Below, piece after piece: positions 12,796 to 26,609 of a DNA stretch of 64,000 nucleotides. Each line of letters starts with the position of its first letter. Within the stretch, counting starts at the first letter, position 1. The stretch covers positions 89,218,001 to 89,282,000 of the forward strand of contig NC_042999.1 in NCBI RefSeq assembly GCF_006345805.1, in the 5' to 3' direction. A program made the position numbers and the translations under genes. Below the pieces are notes generated by a model, which searched no databases, was not told where the DNA came from, and saw only the letters and a list, made by a program, of their open reading frames with translations. This stretch comes from Octopus sinensis. Taxonomy: Eukaryota.

Positions 12796-13319
12796 GCTGA
12801 AATTTATAGAAAAACAAAAGACGAAGATAGGTGTATGAACTGAACGTGGTCTTTTACCCATAAACATTTTACATATATCAGTAGCGAGATTTTCGATAAT
12901 TTGCGACCTGTAATGATAAATTCTATTGGAATATTCCTGGTAAATTGTAAGAAGAAAGAGATAAATTATATGACAACCATAAACATGAAATGGTAAACTG
13001 TGTGTTAAAATCTTCCGAACACTTGGCAAAAATTTCTTAGATTTTTTCCAGCCATTTGTGTGTATGATCGAACTGATAACAATACATAGCATTTATGTTG
13101 ATCTATTAGTCTTCATCTGTGATTTGAACGTTTTCCATTGCCATATATCTGTAAAGTGTACTATTATTGTCTACTTGGCCGAATATCTTTTGTACTCATC
13201 TTGGGCAGGGCAAAACACATGCTAAAAGTACACGGTGCTCCAGCAAAAGGCAGTGCTCCAGCATGGCCACAGTCAATTGATTGAAGCAAGTAAAAGAGTA
13301 AAATAGTAAAGAGTACACG

Positions 13320-13716
13320 TGCACGCGAACATATACTTGTTTTCGCGTGTGTGTACGCGCTCGGTGCGTGTGTGTGTATGTGTGTGCGTGCGTGCGAGCG
13401 TGCGTGCATACGTGTGTGTGTGTGTGTGTGTGAGTGTGTGTGTGTGCGCGCGAGCGTGCGTGTGTGTGTATGTGCGTGCATGCGAGTATGCGTGTGTGTG
13501 AACGAGCGTGCGTGTATGCGTGTGTGTGTGCATATGTGTGTACGTGCATGCGAGCGTGCGTGCGTGTTTGCGAGCGTGCGTGCGTGCGTGCGTGTGTACG
13601 AGCGTGCGTGTATGCGTATGTTTGTGTGTGTGTGCATGTGTGTGTACGTGCATGCGAGCGTGCGTGTGTTTGCGAGCGTGCGTGCATGTGTGCGTGTGTG
13701 TGTGAGTGTGCGTGTT
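13320..13716. repeat. Complex (GT)/(GC)/(GCGA) alternating purine-pyrimidine tract with internal duplications
   Basis: ~400 bp of GTGT/GCGT/GCGAGCGT motifs; generates the His/Thr and Val/Cys ORFs. Confidence 0.9.
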
Positions 13717-15729
13717 TAGTTTCAATTTTATTGTCTCACTCCAATCTCCTTCTTTCTCTCCGAAAACAACTTCAACACATTCAGTGGAAATGATTATCAA
13801 TTATGATCTTACTTTCTTCCGCGTTTAACTGAATATAACTATTTGTAACAGTGGAAATTTCACGGTTACTTTGAAAACTACAATATTATTGGAAGTTAAC
13901 AGAGAACCATAAGCTACGTCTCTTGAAATTGCATTTTTTCTGTTGTTGAGATTGATTCTTGAGACCGTGTAAATTCCAAAGATAGTGTTGAATACATAGT
14001 CTTAGATTAAAACATCTTTGGAAACTATATTCGTTGCTGTACACTTATCACTTCTTCCACTTTGTGAGTTGTTATCTATAGTTTTTTTTTAATTTTTATA
14101 CGAAGAAGTAAACAATCCTAGCTATGGAATGAAATCGAAACTGTCTATAATATTATTCTGCTACTTAATGAAATGATGGTAACACTTAATAGATTGAACT
14201 TCAGGCTTCAACCCGCATTTCCAGTGAACAAAGTACAGTGACTAACCCACAAAACTCCTTCGAAGTTCAAACAATAAGTACCAATTATATACTGCAATTA
14301 AGTGCACATGTTCTTAAAGTATTGGACCCTTATTAAAGCGAACAACCGTACTAAATATATGCACCAGAAATCCAATAATTCAGTAGTTTGGATAAATACA
14401 GATGAATTCGAAGCGTCGGTGAATCAAGGAAGTGAAAAAAGTGAAAGTAAATAGGCTAGATTTAGGCTAGATTTAGAACAAAAGCTAATGGATACAGTGA
14501 AATATAAAACCCATAAATTTAGTTACTGTGACTCCAACTTATAAAGTCATCGCACTACAAATCATTTTGATACCAACCTGCCTGAGACCACCCTTGGTTT
14601 ATAATACAAGTTTCTTGTTTTAAAGGGATTTGAATTAAAACCTTCTGTCGAAATTGAATGTTGCTATGTTACAAGCACAAGTTTATTGACAAGTTTATTT
14701 CAATGAATTCTCCGTTGAACTAAAAGCAGTGTATTTTGACAGAAATTTAGTAATGAAAGGCACGCTTAAATTTTTCCCTTTTTCGATTTATAGATTGACC
14801 TCTTGTCGACTCGAACCTCACGTAGTCTTCTCCATTCAATTCCACAGATTTTGTATAGAAAATTAGAAAATCATTGTTTTTGAGTGACACTTTATACCAG
14901 GAAATTTACTTGCTATGCTCATTATAGGATTTCCCAAAGTATTTCATCTTTAATTTTAAAGCGTATATATTTTATATTCGAATTAAGATGATATTATGAA
15001 TCAATTCAGCTGTCTAAAAAATTGGGGTATCAATTACCAAAGCAGGCTACTTGGTAGTAACAAGTCAGAAGTGGCTGGTGAAAGATCACAGTTGGAGGTG
15101 ACCCAATAACACAATAGTTCTTTTGAGAATTTGAAGTCAACAGGTACAATATACAGCAAGACAAATATCATGACATTAAAATGTGTTAAAAATAAATAAA
15201 TCAGACTTTTACTCTTTTGACACTCAAGTTTATAGCAAGTTCGTAGTTATCATTTTTCTGTTTTTGAATCGCATTAATCCAACTGTCACATTTCCCCCTC
15301 TTCAATCTGTATTTTCTAACTTTATTTTTCTTTCTTTTCAACGCTATCTGTCTGGTCATCTCATCGTGGCCAGTATTAGATGACCATCTGACAGAAAGGT
15401 CATGATACGTCTCTAACTAAGTGTGAAGGAAAGAAAAAAATGGCGACAGGACACGCGTCAGAGCATATTTCTTTAAAAGATTGATTGAGTTATTTAGCTG
15501 AACAGCTTAATGATGACTGAATGAAAGGAGGGTGAAAGACAACAAAATAAAACGGTGGGGGTGAAGAGCGAAAGTGCGCTCGGTTTGTGGTCGTTTCCCG
15601 ATTGTTATTGCAGTTTCAATGTAGTTAGTGTCTGGTTTGAAGTATAGAATTGAAACAGGAATTTGATGCGTGACTTGAGGTAAAGGAATCAATAAGTAAG
15701 TGGCAATATATATATTTTTATTTTTTATC

Positions 15730-15930
15730 TTTTATTTGTTTCAATCGTTAGATTGTGACCATGCTGGTGCAACGCCTTGGAGAATTTAGTCGAATGAATC
15801 GACACCAGGTATTTTTTTAAAGCCTGGTACTTATTCTATTGATATATTTTGCTGAACCGCTAGGTTAAAGGGACATAAACACGTCAACACCAGTTGTCAA
15901 GCGGTGGTGGAGGAACAAACACAAGCATGA
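15730..15930 (-). mobile_element. SINE family B 3' tail module
   Basis: Reverse complement of CTTGACAAC...TAGCGGTTC(A)GCAAAA...GAATAAGTACC...CCAGCATGG(T)C...GAAACAA; similar tails at 12570-12710, 13233-13305, 25520-25700, 61095-61310. Confidence 0.75.
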
Positions 15931-15946
15931 ACACACACACACATAG

Positions 15947-15993
<47 letters not shown>

Positions 15994-16014
15994 TACACAC
16001 ACACATATATATAG

Positions 16015-16229
16015 ATCGCCATGTTGATTCGTTAGTTACTGCACGCATTTTTTTTCTCTCCTTCTTTCTGTGTTTTTTTTTTCTCTCTCTGTATCTTTCT
16101 GTTGAAGAGCGTAGGCTCGAAACGTTAAAGACTTGTTTTATTTATATTTCCTGAGCGCCATACTAATACAATTGTTTGTTTGTTTTCCACCTGCCTTCGT
16201 CTTTTGTCTATTTTCATAAAGCTTCCCGT

Positions 16230-16232
<3 letters not shown>
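16015..16232 (+). mobile_element. Microsatellite-embedded short element with near-intact minimal hammerhead (16094-16131)
   Basis: UCUUU-CUGUUGA-A-GAGC(GUAG)GCUC-GAAA-CG-UU-AAAGA; one core change (A6 to U); flanked by (CA)(TA) and (TA)n. Confidence 0.7.
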
Positions 16233-16296
<64 letters not shown>

Positions 16297-16299
16297 CAC

Positions 16300-16450
16300 G
16301 ATAGGCTTGTTTCACTTTCCATCAACCAAATCCACTCACAAGGCTTTGGTCGGCTCGAGGCTATAGTAGAAGATACTTGCCCAAAGCGCCACGCAGTGGG
16401 ACTGAACCTCGAACCGTGTGGTTGGGAAGCAAGCTTCTTACCACACAGCA
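16300..16450 (-). mobile_element. SINE family B head
   Basis: Matches other family B heads, including the B-box-like GGTTCAGTCCC. Confidence 0.8.
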
Positions 16451-16586
16451 ACACCTAACATATTTCACTGAAAACTATTTTCTTTTCATTTTATCTATAT
16501 GCACACGAGCCAATGTGGGCCACTCTACATGATAACTCAACCTGCAAGAAATAGTATTCAAAAATTCTTCAAATTATTTCTGTCAC

Positions 16587-16870
16587 TTGGCCTTGTGTGT
16601 GTTTTTATATCGCTGTCATCTCTGTCTTTTCACACACTATTATAATGGCCTCTGCTCTTCTGACTTTACTAATCTCGTGCTTCCACATCTCAGGCGCTCT
16701 TTGCCCTCTCGTCATCTCTTCACCGCTTGTCACCTTTGTGGCATTCACAATCACAACGACCAGTCCTTTCTCCCCAGTACAGCGGTCCTCTGAAATCTTC
16801 CTGTCCAAGTTTTTCCTGCAGGTGTTTAAACGGAACGTAAACAGCATCATGCTCGCTGATCCTTGCGGCT
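16587..16870 (+). pseudogene. CR1/Jockey-group LINE ORF2 C-terminal relic
   Basis: RCHLCLFTHYYNGLCSSDFTNLVLP...SFLPSTAVL*NLPVQVFP...FKRNVNS resembles LCLFYRYY.G.CSSEL..LVP...SFFPRTA.LWNSLP...FK..VN. Confidence 0.75.
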
Positions 16871-17669
16871 TTGCATAGATCAAGGCACCGCCTCTTCCTC
16901 CACACTCAGCAAGTAAAAAAAATGCAGTCTTGAAAATGGCAAAATAATTTGGGAAATGTTGCAGATGTAGAAAAGACAAAAATATTTTATATTTTGAACC
17001 AACACATGTAGATCACAGTGATATTGACATAGCTTCTATTTTAAATGATGTAGCTGTTTTTCGTCTCCTACTGTACGCTTTCCAAACTCATATCGCGTAT
17101 GGGATCTTTTTTCTAACTGTAGTTAGTACTGCATGAAACGTTAGTGTGCAAAACAGTTCATTTGCACAACGCAAGCATATGTTCATAACCCAATACAATA
17201 ATACAATTTAATAACACCAAATTAATATAATCAAATCAAACAACACACACACTACACAATCATCCATTAAATAAATAACACAGGTCTAGCAACACTCAAT
17301 AACATAATACAAATCAAGTAATTAATTTTTGTCTTCAAATTTAAAAGAAAATCTTCATAGATTGTGAATTACCGATATCGAAAACAGCTTTTTTATTATT
17401 TTTTTAATTTTTGGCAACAAAGTTTAGAAGAATCAGTTAACACCAAATAAATTAATACAGCACAGTTAACACCAAATACATTAATAGTTTACATCTCACT
17501 CAACTCATATCCGACACAGCTTCTACTCAATAACGGTCCACAGTTTCTACTCAATATACACTCTGGAAACAAATATATCATCCGGAACGTAAATATCGCA
17601 ACAAAGCAAAGCTCACACTCGTTCATCGTCTAGGAATACCTTGCAAATAGCGCAGGCTCGGCGTGTATT

Positions 17670-18330
17670 GGTGCATCAGCAGGCTGGACATGTCTAACTC
17701 GCCATAAAGAAGCTGCTGGCAGCAAATGGACTACCGGACCGAGCATTCGATGCGAATGGGTTCTGATAAGTGGTCATTTACTTTAACAACCAATCAAATG
17801 TTGTTGTGCATTGCATCGATTCAGTCTCTGAAAACAGGGCAAAATCTAAAGGAGTTTAAGATGGCTTCAAGTAACGATGGTCGACTGCATCAAAATCTGT
17901 TGACTGACACATGTTGATCAGTACCTGGCTTTATTACCAAATCTTTTTATGATTAATCGCATTAAGTGAACATTGTCGTGGTGGACCTACTCGGGATCGT
18001 GCACGTCCGCGCTTCCCTGACCAGGCCACCATCGACAAGTACCAACCATTTTGATAAGGCTTTGGTTAAAGTCCTAAAGTCAATGATTTGTAGAGTTATG
18101 AGTCGACAATAGTCTACTGCATTCTCTTTTCTCAGTATCCTTTCCCCGCATTCTCCCCTTCGGCTAGAAGATGCAGCAGACGCCTGTCAAGAGGCCCAAA
18201 CCAGTCTGGGATGAATTCGTAAAAGTCGAGATCAAACCAGGCAATATGCACCATGTACATCCGCTCTTGACCACCTGCATTGCAACTGCTGTTACCGCAG
18301 CGTAATCTTCCAGAAGGCGGGGGAATCCCT
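17670..18330 (-). pseudogene. L1/Tx1-clade LINE reverse transcriptase relic
   Basis: Frameshifted segments CTIPSRS.HDNVHLMR, DAVDHRYL, VKVNDHLSEPIRIECSVR match Tx1 RT motifs (CAIPGRSIHDNLHLMR, FDRVDHRYL, VNGHLSEPF.I.RSVRQG). Confidence 0.8.
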
Positions 18331-19254
18331 TTCTCTCTTCTTAAATGGCACCTCTCAGTTTTTTTGTCGATTATTTTGTTGAAAATCCTTCCACTCGACG
18401 GGAAATTTTGAAATAGTGTTCTACAAAGGTTTTCATTAATAACTAATCTTTGGGGTTTATAAGGATAAATTTCTCAAATTCCCACCCCTTTTGTCTCTAT
18501 TTTGTCTTTCATCTGTCTAGATATGTGGTCCATCATTTCATTATCGTGTTCATTTACAACGGTTAATTTGATGATGTTTGTTTCTAGAGAGTTTGATTTG
18601 TTTTGTTGTGCATTTGATTTTTAGCTGTGATTTTTATTATATTTGTGTGTCTTAATGGAAAAAAATCCACCTTAACAGTGTGTAAATATGGCGAAATTTC
18701 ATCGGCAATGACGAGATTTTTTTCATAGCTGACACTGAAAATAAAAAGGTAAATAAAAACAGGAAAAAAAAAAGAAAAAGCGCTCAACTTTCATTGAATA
18801 TAGGAACATAAAGATATTCCGGAAATGGTTTTACACTAAAAGTTAAGGTGAATAAATTATTACATACTGTTCATATTTTTATGCAATGCTTCGGAAGTGC
18901 AGCTATATCTGTTGTTTGCTTCGTAAACGCGTGGCTTCGTGTTCAGTAGATAAAACAGCCGACAGCTGATGAAGGGTCGTTCTTGTCTTGTTATTTGTCT
19001 TGTTTTCTATTTGCTTCTTTCGATGCTCGCAGAAAAGTTCGTATTCCATGTTTTCGTATTTCGTATTTCATGTGTTTACGTTTATGACGTCCTGTACCCA
19101 TATATGCATATGTATATACATATATATATCTATGTACATATATGTATGTATATATGCATATATATATATATAATATATATATATATATATTATTTATATC
19201 ATTATATGATTGAACGCCACGCATCCATTTCCAAGTAAGTTTTATATATATATA

Positions 19255-19412
19255 TACGACAGGCTTCTTTCAGTTTCCGTCAGCCAAATTCACTTACAAG
19301 ACTTTGGTTGGCCTAAGGCTATAGTTGGAAACACTTGCTGAAGGTGCCCTGCAGTGGGACTCACCCCGCAACCATATAGTTGGAAACCAAGATTTTTACC
19401 ACACAGCCATGC
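19255..19412 (-). mobile_element. SINE family B head
   Basis: Reverse complement of family B head. Confidence 0.8.
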
Positions 19413-19767
19413 GCTATTTTTTTTTTCTTTTAACTTCATAGAGTCTGAAAATCTGTTTTTCTCGTACTTTTCTTGTTCTAAGCTTGCTGAGTTTCAACAT
19501 GTAAAGAAAAAAAAGAGGAAAAAGTATTCTTAGAGGAGTAAAAATCAATAGTCTAGTTCTTGCTTATATGTCGTCAATAACTTGGATTTGAACCAAAATT
19601 AATTTTTACTTTTACATTATGAGAACATGTAAAACAAATTACGTCATACGCCCTATGAAGAAATGATTTATTACAGACTATTTCTCCGAAATCAGAAATG
19701 TCCATCAACTTATGACTTGTCCTTATTCAAGAATTTAAGCTCAATTCACCCATAATCAAGTGGACCT

Positions 19768-20054
19768 AGCACTATCGGTTACGACAACGAAGATTCTAGT
19801 TGATCCGACCATAAGAACAGCCCGCTCGTGAATTTAGCACATATCCTTAACGTAGTTCTTAGGGAAATTTAGCGGGACTCAGATTGGGACAAGGTTGGCT
19901 TTTTGAATTACATGTACAGCACATTTTTGTCAGCTGAATGGACTAGAGCAACGTAAAATAAAGCGTCTTGCTCAAGGATACAACGCATCACCGGGAATCG
20001 AACTCATGAGTTTACAATTGTGAGTCGAATACTCTAACCACTAAGCCATGCGCC
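19768..20054 (-). mobile_element. CORE-like SINE family C, near full length
   Basis: tRNA-like head GGCGCATGGCTTAGTGGTTAGAG (A box) and GAGTTCGATTCC (B box), CORE-like TCCTTGAGCAAGAC, family C tail. Confidence 0.8.
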
Positions 20055-20495
20055 TTTACATCAAGGGTTCTAATCATGATTGTCCTGACATTTTATCAAC
20101 CATAGTATCTCTAGAAATGCAAGGAGATGAGATGGGGGTGAATTTATTTATGAATTTTTTTAAGTACACTAGGTGAAGTGAAACTGGTTTAGGTAAGAAT
20201 CGAAACCAGTACAAGGGGATTGGACTCGCCGTTTTCCATTTACCATCACTCAATAACAAAAGCAAATGTTACTAGAAATAACACTTTTATCAGAGAGACG
20301 GACGTTTCCTACTGAAAGGGAATATTAGTCAGAAGAAATAAAATGAAAAGCGAGACGTGATATTAATCTTTGAGGGTTGTCCGTTAAACAAACACCACCA
20401 GCGATTGCGATCATTAAATATCATACATAAAGACAGAAATGTAAACAAGTACTATAGAGATCTCTGGCAGCAAGCAGTTACGTCTCGATGTGTGC

Positions 20496-20539
<44 letters not shown>

Positions 20540-21422
20540 GTATGTGTGTGTATGTGTGTGTGTGTATGTGTGTGTGTGTGTGTACAAACATGAATTTGGA
20601 TTTTATATCTTTTACTGATAGGTAAACTAGGATTGGACAGTAAATACGTGTGTAGCAGACGTAAATATACGTCCATATTCTGTGTATGCGTGTGTGTGAG
20701 TGTGTATGTGAAAAAGCAGATTCACATACACAAAAAAATGTGCACATGAATGCATGAACATTTGAGCGCTTCCCTTCCCCCCATCCCCTTCGACTAAATA
20801 TGATTAAAAAAAATAATAAATCAGCATGAGATCCACTCCACAAATATGGAGGGCCAGTTCCTTGTTGAGTATATTGCTGATACATATCACGCGGACTACT
20901 GATAAAATATTTGTACCCATTAGCCTTCTTCATGAAGGATGGGTCACTGCACCATGCTGGCCTTCCTCGACACACTGTATTTGATGGAGCCTTTAGTGGT
21001 GACCCAACAAAACATTTATAGTTACAGGGCAATCTCATTTCATAATTTTTTTCTGTAAGTGTAGTTGACTGAGTGAATAGGACATACGTGCAGGTCACTA
21101 GTTTATATCCTGTCTCATATATCCTGTTGCACTTCGCAATGAATATCAAATTAGGGAGAATAAGAATAACTCAATTCTGAAAATAACGGCAACTCTTAAA
21201 AATTTGACAAGACTTCGTAGTTTTAAGTGACGTGTTCGTATTCAGGCTGACCTTTGAAGGAAAATAGTTTAACCAAAGTAAAACACCTAGCAACTGCGAG
21301 GAATAACAGCCAAATCAATGTCTTAAAAAGCGAAGAATATGGATATCTCTAATCGCACGAATTGTCAGAATGAATTTAGAATACCCAGAAACGAGATGGG
21401 ATACTGAAATTGAATTACGCTG

Positions 21423-21840
21423 AGGCATAGCTGTGTGATAAGACTCTTGCTTCCCAACCACATAGTATAATTCTGGGTTCAGTCCCACTGCGTGGAAGTG
21501 GCACCTTCGGCAAGTGTTTCCTACTATAGCCTCGGGCCGACCAAAGCCTTGTCAGTAGATTTGGTTGACAGAAACTGAAAGAAGACCGTCGTATACCTGT
21601 ATATATGTTTATGTGTGTCTGTCTTTAAATCTGTGTTTGTCCCCCACCACCGCTTGACAACCGGTGATAGTGTGTTTATGTCCCAGTAACTCTGCTGTTC
21701 AGCAGAAGAGACCGATTGAATAAGTACCAGGATTAAAAAAAATAAAAACTCCGGTCAACACATTCAACCAAAAATTCTTCAAGGCAGTGCCCCAGCATAG
21801 CGGCATTCTAATGACGGAAACAAGTAGAAGGTAAAAGATA
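21423..21840 (+). mobile_element. SINE family B, head plus tail
   Basis: Head, internal TA/TG tract and tail ending in GAAACAAGTAGAAG. Confidence 0.85.
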
Positions 21841-22201
21841 GTATGTCGTTTTATGTTGTAATTTACTCTATCCATCGTCACATTCTTCATTCTTGCTATC
21901 ACTAAACCCACTGTATTTTTGTTGGTACAGAAAATCAGCGGGAGCAGACATATATTATTTCTGGCATTGCTTTAAACTTTTGCAGAATATCGATTATACC
22001 AAGTTACACTTTTTTTTTTACAGAAAGGAATAAAGACTGCTGGAAGATTGCATGAAGATACATGGTATGTTTCATAACTTTTAAAAGTGTCGTAAAGCAT
22101 GAAATTATTAGTAACACTTTCATAATTATGTGTTAAATTGATATCCATCTATCACTGGATGGAGTACTTCTTTGATTAATTCTACACACACACGAAAGAA
22201 A

Positions 22202-22392
22202 GCGAGAAAGAAAATGAAATTCACGAGACTTCATTCACTACGATCATTTCGACCCATCGGGAACTGGAAGCTCGAAAAGGAGAGGCTGCACAAACAATTA
22301 TAGTGCATCATTGTCCAGATGTGTTTTCTCAGGTGACCCGAATCAATTGTAGTGAATAAACAGTCTCGTAAATTTCATTTCCTTTCCTTCGC
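22202..22392. mobile_element. MITE-like element with ~45-bp imperfect TIRs
   Basis: GCGAGAAAGAAAATGAAATTCACGAGACT..ATTCACTAC versus GTAGTGAAT...AGTCTCGTAAATTTCATTTCCTTTCCTTCGC. Confidence 0.7.
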
Positions 22393-22532
22393 GGTTTTGT
22401 AAACTCTATGGAGACAAAAGAATTCCTGAATTAAATCCAGTGGGATATACCTCCACACTGTTGATTACATCAGGTTGCTGAATACTGTGAACAGGCTTTA
22501 AATAGCACATTAGAAGATGTATGCCCGAATGT

Positions 22533-22592
<60 letters not shown>

Positions 22593-22593
<1 letters not shown>

Positions 22594-22686
22594 GTTCCTT
22601 CTTGAGCCATGCCAGGCTCATAAGAGCCGGTTTCCCGGTTCCAGTGGCGTAGAAATTCCCCACATGGACGGGACGCCGGTCCATCG

Positions 22687-22688
<2 letters not shown>
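22593..22688 (-). mobile_element. 3' fragment of the SINE family seen complete at 36412-36719
   Basis: TGCGATGGACCGGCGTCCCGTCCA...GAAACCGG...ATGAGCCTGGC on the - strand; sits between (TA)n tracts. Confidence 0.7.
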
Positions 22689-22721
<33 letters not shown>

Positions 22722-23429
22722 TAAGTTCTAACTAAATATTGTTATATATTTTCTTTTGGCCATTTAACATATATCCTTTTGGCATTTCAAATGCTTAGCA
22801 GTACTCATGAAGGATTATATATGTATTCTGTTTGAATAGAGCCAACTTGCCTATGAAGTGTTATAAATATATTTTGCATTACATATTTATTTTAAAGTCC
22901 ATTGTTTCAAAACAATGATATCCGACGACGTAAACAAACATTAATAATGATTATTTTTTTATATTATTTCATTTTATTGCTCATTACATATAATGTATTT
23001 ATGTGGTATAAAATAAAATGTTTTTTCACTGAAGCGATGGTAACATCAATTTCAATTTCTGTTTTCTTCATTTTAATTAAGTTTTAATACATACTTGCAT
23101 ACATGTCAATAAACAGATAAGAACTACTAAGAATTTCTTGTTTTAAAGACTCTATCTAAGCATGTTTTTATAACACGCCTTGCATCTCCCAGTAATCTTC
23201 AAGCTCTAAGCACATAGTTTTTTCTACAGAAAAATTACAGAAAAAAACGAGAAGGTTGATACAAAAAGTGGAATTAAAACGGAGAAAGAAAAGAAAAGAA
23301 AAGAAAGAAAATTTGTTACGTCCCATTTGACTGTAAGAGCCATAGTTAAACTAAATGTTATTGAATAATCCAACGGAGAGGGGTCCAAAGTCTGCGAGAC
23401 AGCTGCTCAATTCGCATAGGGTGGTGTTC

Positions 23430-24150
23430 TCCAGTTCGCCAAACGAAATTTGTCCATATGCTTGCGTATTCAGAAAATTTCGGATCTGGAATTAAGCAGT
23501 GGGGTGGAATTCTTAGATCTAGAAAGAATGCGCTTTAAGTAATACACTGCAGTTGTGTTTTAATGTTTTGAACTTCTGCCGATGAACGACACTTTGCGAC
23601 TGTAGTTTTGGTCAGGAAGGATTGGAGAAAATGTTTTAAAAGAAAAACTGAAGAGGTATCATGATGCGGCAAAATTTGTGCAACATCTGCTGACAGATCA
23701 ACAAAAAGAGATGGATTCGATGGATAAAACAAACAAGTAACTACTGCTGTGAGTTGGCTCATCGTTGTAGCACCGCAAAATAGGACATCAGCTTTGCTCC
23801 GATGTGAATAAAGCAGCGGTGTTTTTAATTAGGACATCGTTCATCATTTGATCCACGTTGTCAGACATCGATATTGGATTTTATTTGGATGTAGTCATTT
23901 TTTGATCTCAAAATTGAAATCCACTCAGAAATACCATCGATTTTAGACAATGAAAATAAGCGAAGAAAATTCGATATGACATCTGGCGCTCCACCCTTTG
24001 AAATTTGGTCCCAGGCACGTTCCAACACTAGAAAGAATATGTGGAGCGATGTATCGACAGTGGTGGGATACTATGTGAAAGTAGGCCAGTCTGATTAAGT
24101 TGTAAGTAAATTAATAAGAATGGATTAGTAATCTTTGAGCAGACGTCGTG
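23430..24150 (+). pseudogene. mariner transposase relic
   Basis: AAKFVQHLLTDQQKE matches the mariner AAKFVP(R/H)LLT motif; VERCIDSGG near the C-terminus; TIR-like TTTGAGCAGACGTCG at the right end. Confidence 0.6.
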
Positions 24151-24279
24151 TATGTTGTAAGAGTATGGAAAGTGAGAAAGAGAAAAAGCAGATATAGACA
24201 GACGCACAGTGATTCTTTATTACCCACTAGGGGCACAGACAGCCCGACAAACAGATAGACAGACAGACAGACAGACAGG

Positions 24280-24376
<97 letters not shown>

Positions 24377-24773
24377 GGGTAGGTTATTATAAATAAATTT
24401 TCTTGTTAACATTTATATGTATTTTTACAACTTGGTTCATCGACACTTTCCATCATCCATAATCACATGCATTATTTATTTATACACTTTTACATACCCT
24501 GTCACACGCACACATATAAACAGAGATTATACTATCACCATACTACACAATTTACCATTACAGAACCACATACTTATGCGCGGAATTATACGCATTTCAC
24601 ACATATATACGTAAATACATATAGCGTTAGACTCATTTAAGCAATTGCCCGTAAATAAACAGTCTCTTAAATATACACTAATAACCAAGCTTACAGCTAG
24701 TTACGTATTTTACACACATACGCTCACATACTTAGTTGCGAAGAAACATAACACAAAAAACACACAGGTGTAT

Positions 24774-24817
<44 letters not shown>

Positions 24818-25407
24818 ACGTGCGTACACACACACATATACTCACGCATTCACAAACACATACAGACATATGTGCGTATATAGAGGATAAACAATAATGG
24901 TAGAGAAACAACAAAAATAACATGAAACAAAATGTAACTGAATCCAGGGTAAATAGTCAACTCAACAGTGATATTCTAGCTCCTGCTGTGGACACAGTTT
25001 GAAACTGTGAAACCGGGTGAACTCCACCCAACACCCTGATTTAGCAGTACAATTAGCTGTAGCGAGCAGACAGCCAACACGCCGCCATACGCGACGTTCC
25101 TAATGCTTGCATTATAAACAGACTGCATCACAGGCAGACGACACATATTCACATGGCGTTCATAATATATGTGTGGCTTCGCTGTGCAGTCGGCCGGCTT
25201 GTCTTGTTCAAATTCTACACAGGTCTTATGGTGATATCTCTCCATCCCACTCTCTCTCTCTCACCACACCTCTTTCCCTCTCTTTCTATCTGTGTGTGTA
25301 TGTGTTTGTGTACATATTATATACATACATATACGTGAGAGAAGGGGGATATATATACACACACATAAATATATACATTTATAATTATCTATGTACATAT
25401 ATATGTC

Positions 25408-25441
<34 letters not shown>

Positions 25442-25721
25442 TTGAGTTTGTGTGTGTATATATACATATATACACATACGTATATTTGTGCGTATGTGTG
25501 TGTGCTTGTGTTTATCTCACCCAAACTGCTTATAACAGGTGTTGGTTTGTTTATGTCCACGTAACTTAGCAGTTCAGTAAGCAGACCGACAGAGTAAGTG
25601 TCAGCCTTAGAAAATAAATACTGGTGGTCGATTTGCTCGACTTAACCCTCGAAGGCAGTACTCTGGCGTGGACGCAGTTCAGTGACTAGAACAAGTAAGA
25701 AATAAAATAAATAGAAAGATA

Positions 25722-26083
25722 GGCACAGGAGTGGCTGTGTGGTAAGTAGCTTGCTTACGAACCACATGGTTCTGGGTTCAGTTCCACTGCGTGGCACCTT
25801 AGGCAAGTGTCTTCTACTATAGCCTCGGGCCGACCAAAGCCTTGGTAGACGGAAACTGAAAGAAGCCCATCGTATATATGTATATATATATATATGTGTG
25901 TTTCTGTGTTTGTGTTTGTCCCTCCAACATCGCTTGACAACCAGTGGTTGTGCATTAGCGAAAGAGACCGATAGAATAAGTACTAGGCTTACAAAGAATA
26001 TGTCCTGGGGTCAATTTGCTCGACTAAAAGGTGGTGCCCCAGCATGGCCGCAGTCAGATGACTGAAACAAGTAAAACAGTAAA
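25722..26083 (+). mobile_element. SINE family B, head plus tail, followed by (GATA)n
   Basis: GGCACAGGAGTGGCTGTGTGGTAAG...GAAACAAGTAAAA; directly follows another SINE tail. Confidence 0.85.
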
Positions 26084-26085
26084 AG

Positions 26086-26174
<89 letters not shown>

Positions 26175-26609
26175 TTTATACATATGCTTATACGTACATA
26201 TATATAAAATCAGGCATAGCCAATAGGCAATAGAATTCGCTTGCAAAGAGCAGGCCTTGCGTTTCTTCTCACTGACTTCCAACATATGTTTTTGTTTTTC
26301 TGTTTGTTTTGTCAACTCGGATCACTCCGGGATTTGCGAGTGAAATTGAATAATGAGAAACAGTACAGAAGCCCGATGGATAGGAAATACATGTAATTCA
26401 AAGAAACTTAGCACATATTCAGTTACTCCGATTTTGTTTGATAAATGTATTAAGGTGAAAGCATGCAAACCTCCAACATCTATACGCCTATTAAATGAAT
26501 AACTAGTTCATTATATCGCTGAAACCGCCGATAAATCCGTATACATACATGCATATATATTTATGATTGTAAATAAAACGTGAAAATCAGACAAAGTTGA
26601 AATAGTGAT

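Noticed and set aside
15435-15450. YY1-like AAAATGGCG motifs (also ~8505 and ~16018)
   Set aside because: Short motifs with no supporting promoter or transcript evidence.
18960-19040. CTGATGAAGGG in a TA-associated repeat
   Set aside because: No downstream stem II-GAAA-stem III could be found in this copy.
24976-25245. ORF MERYHHKTCVEFEQ... with a faint astacin-like TC(V/I).F motif
   Set aside because: No GCWS or HExxH motif, and the upstream sequence is purine-rich with no acceptor.
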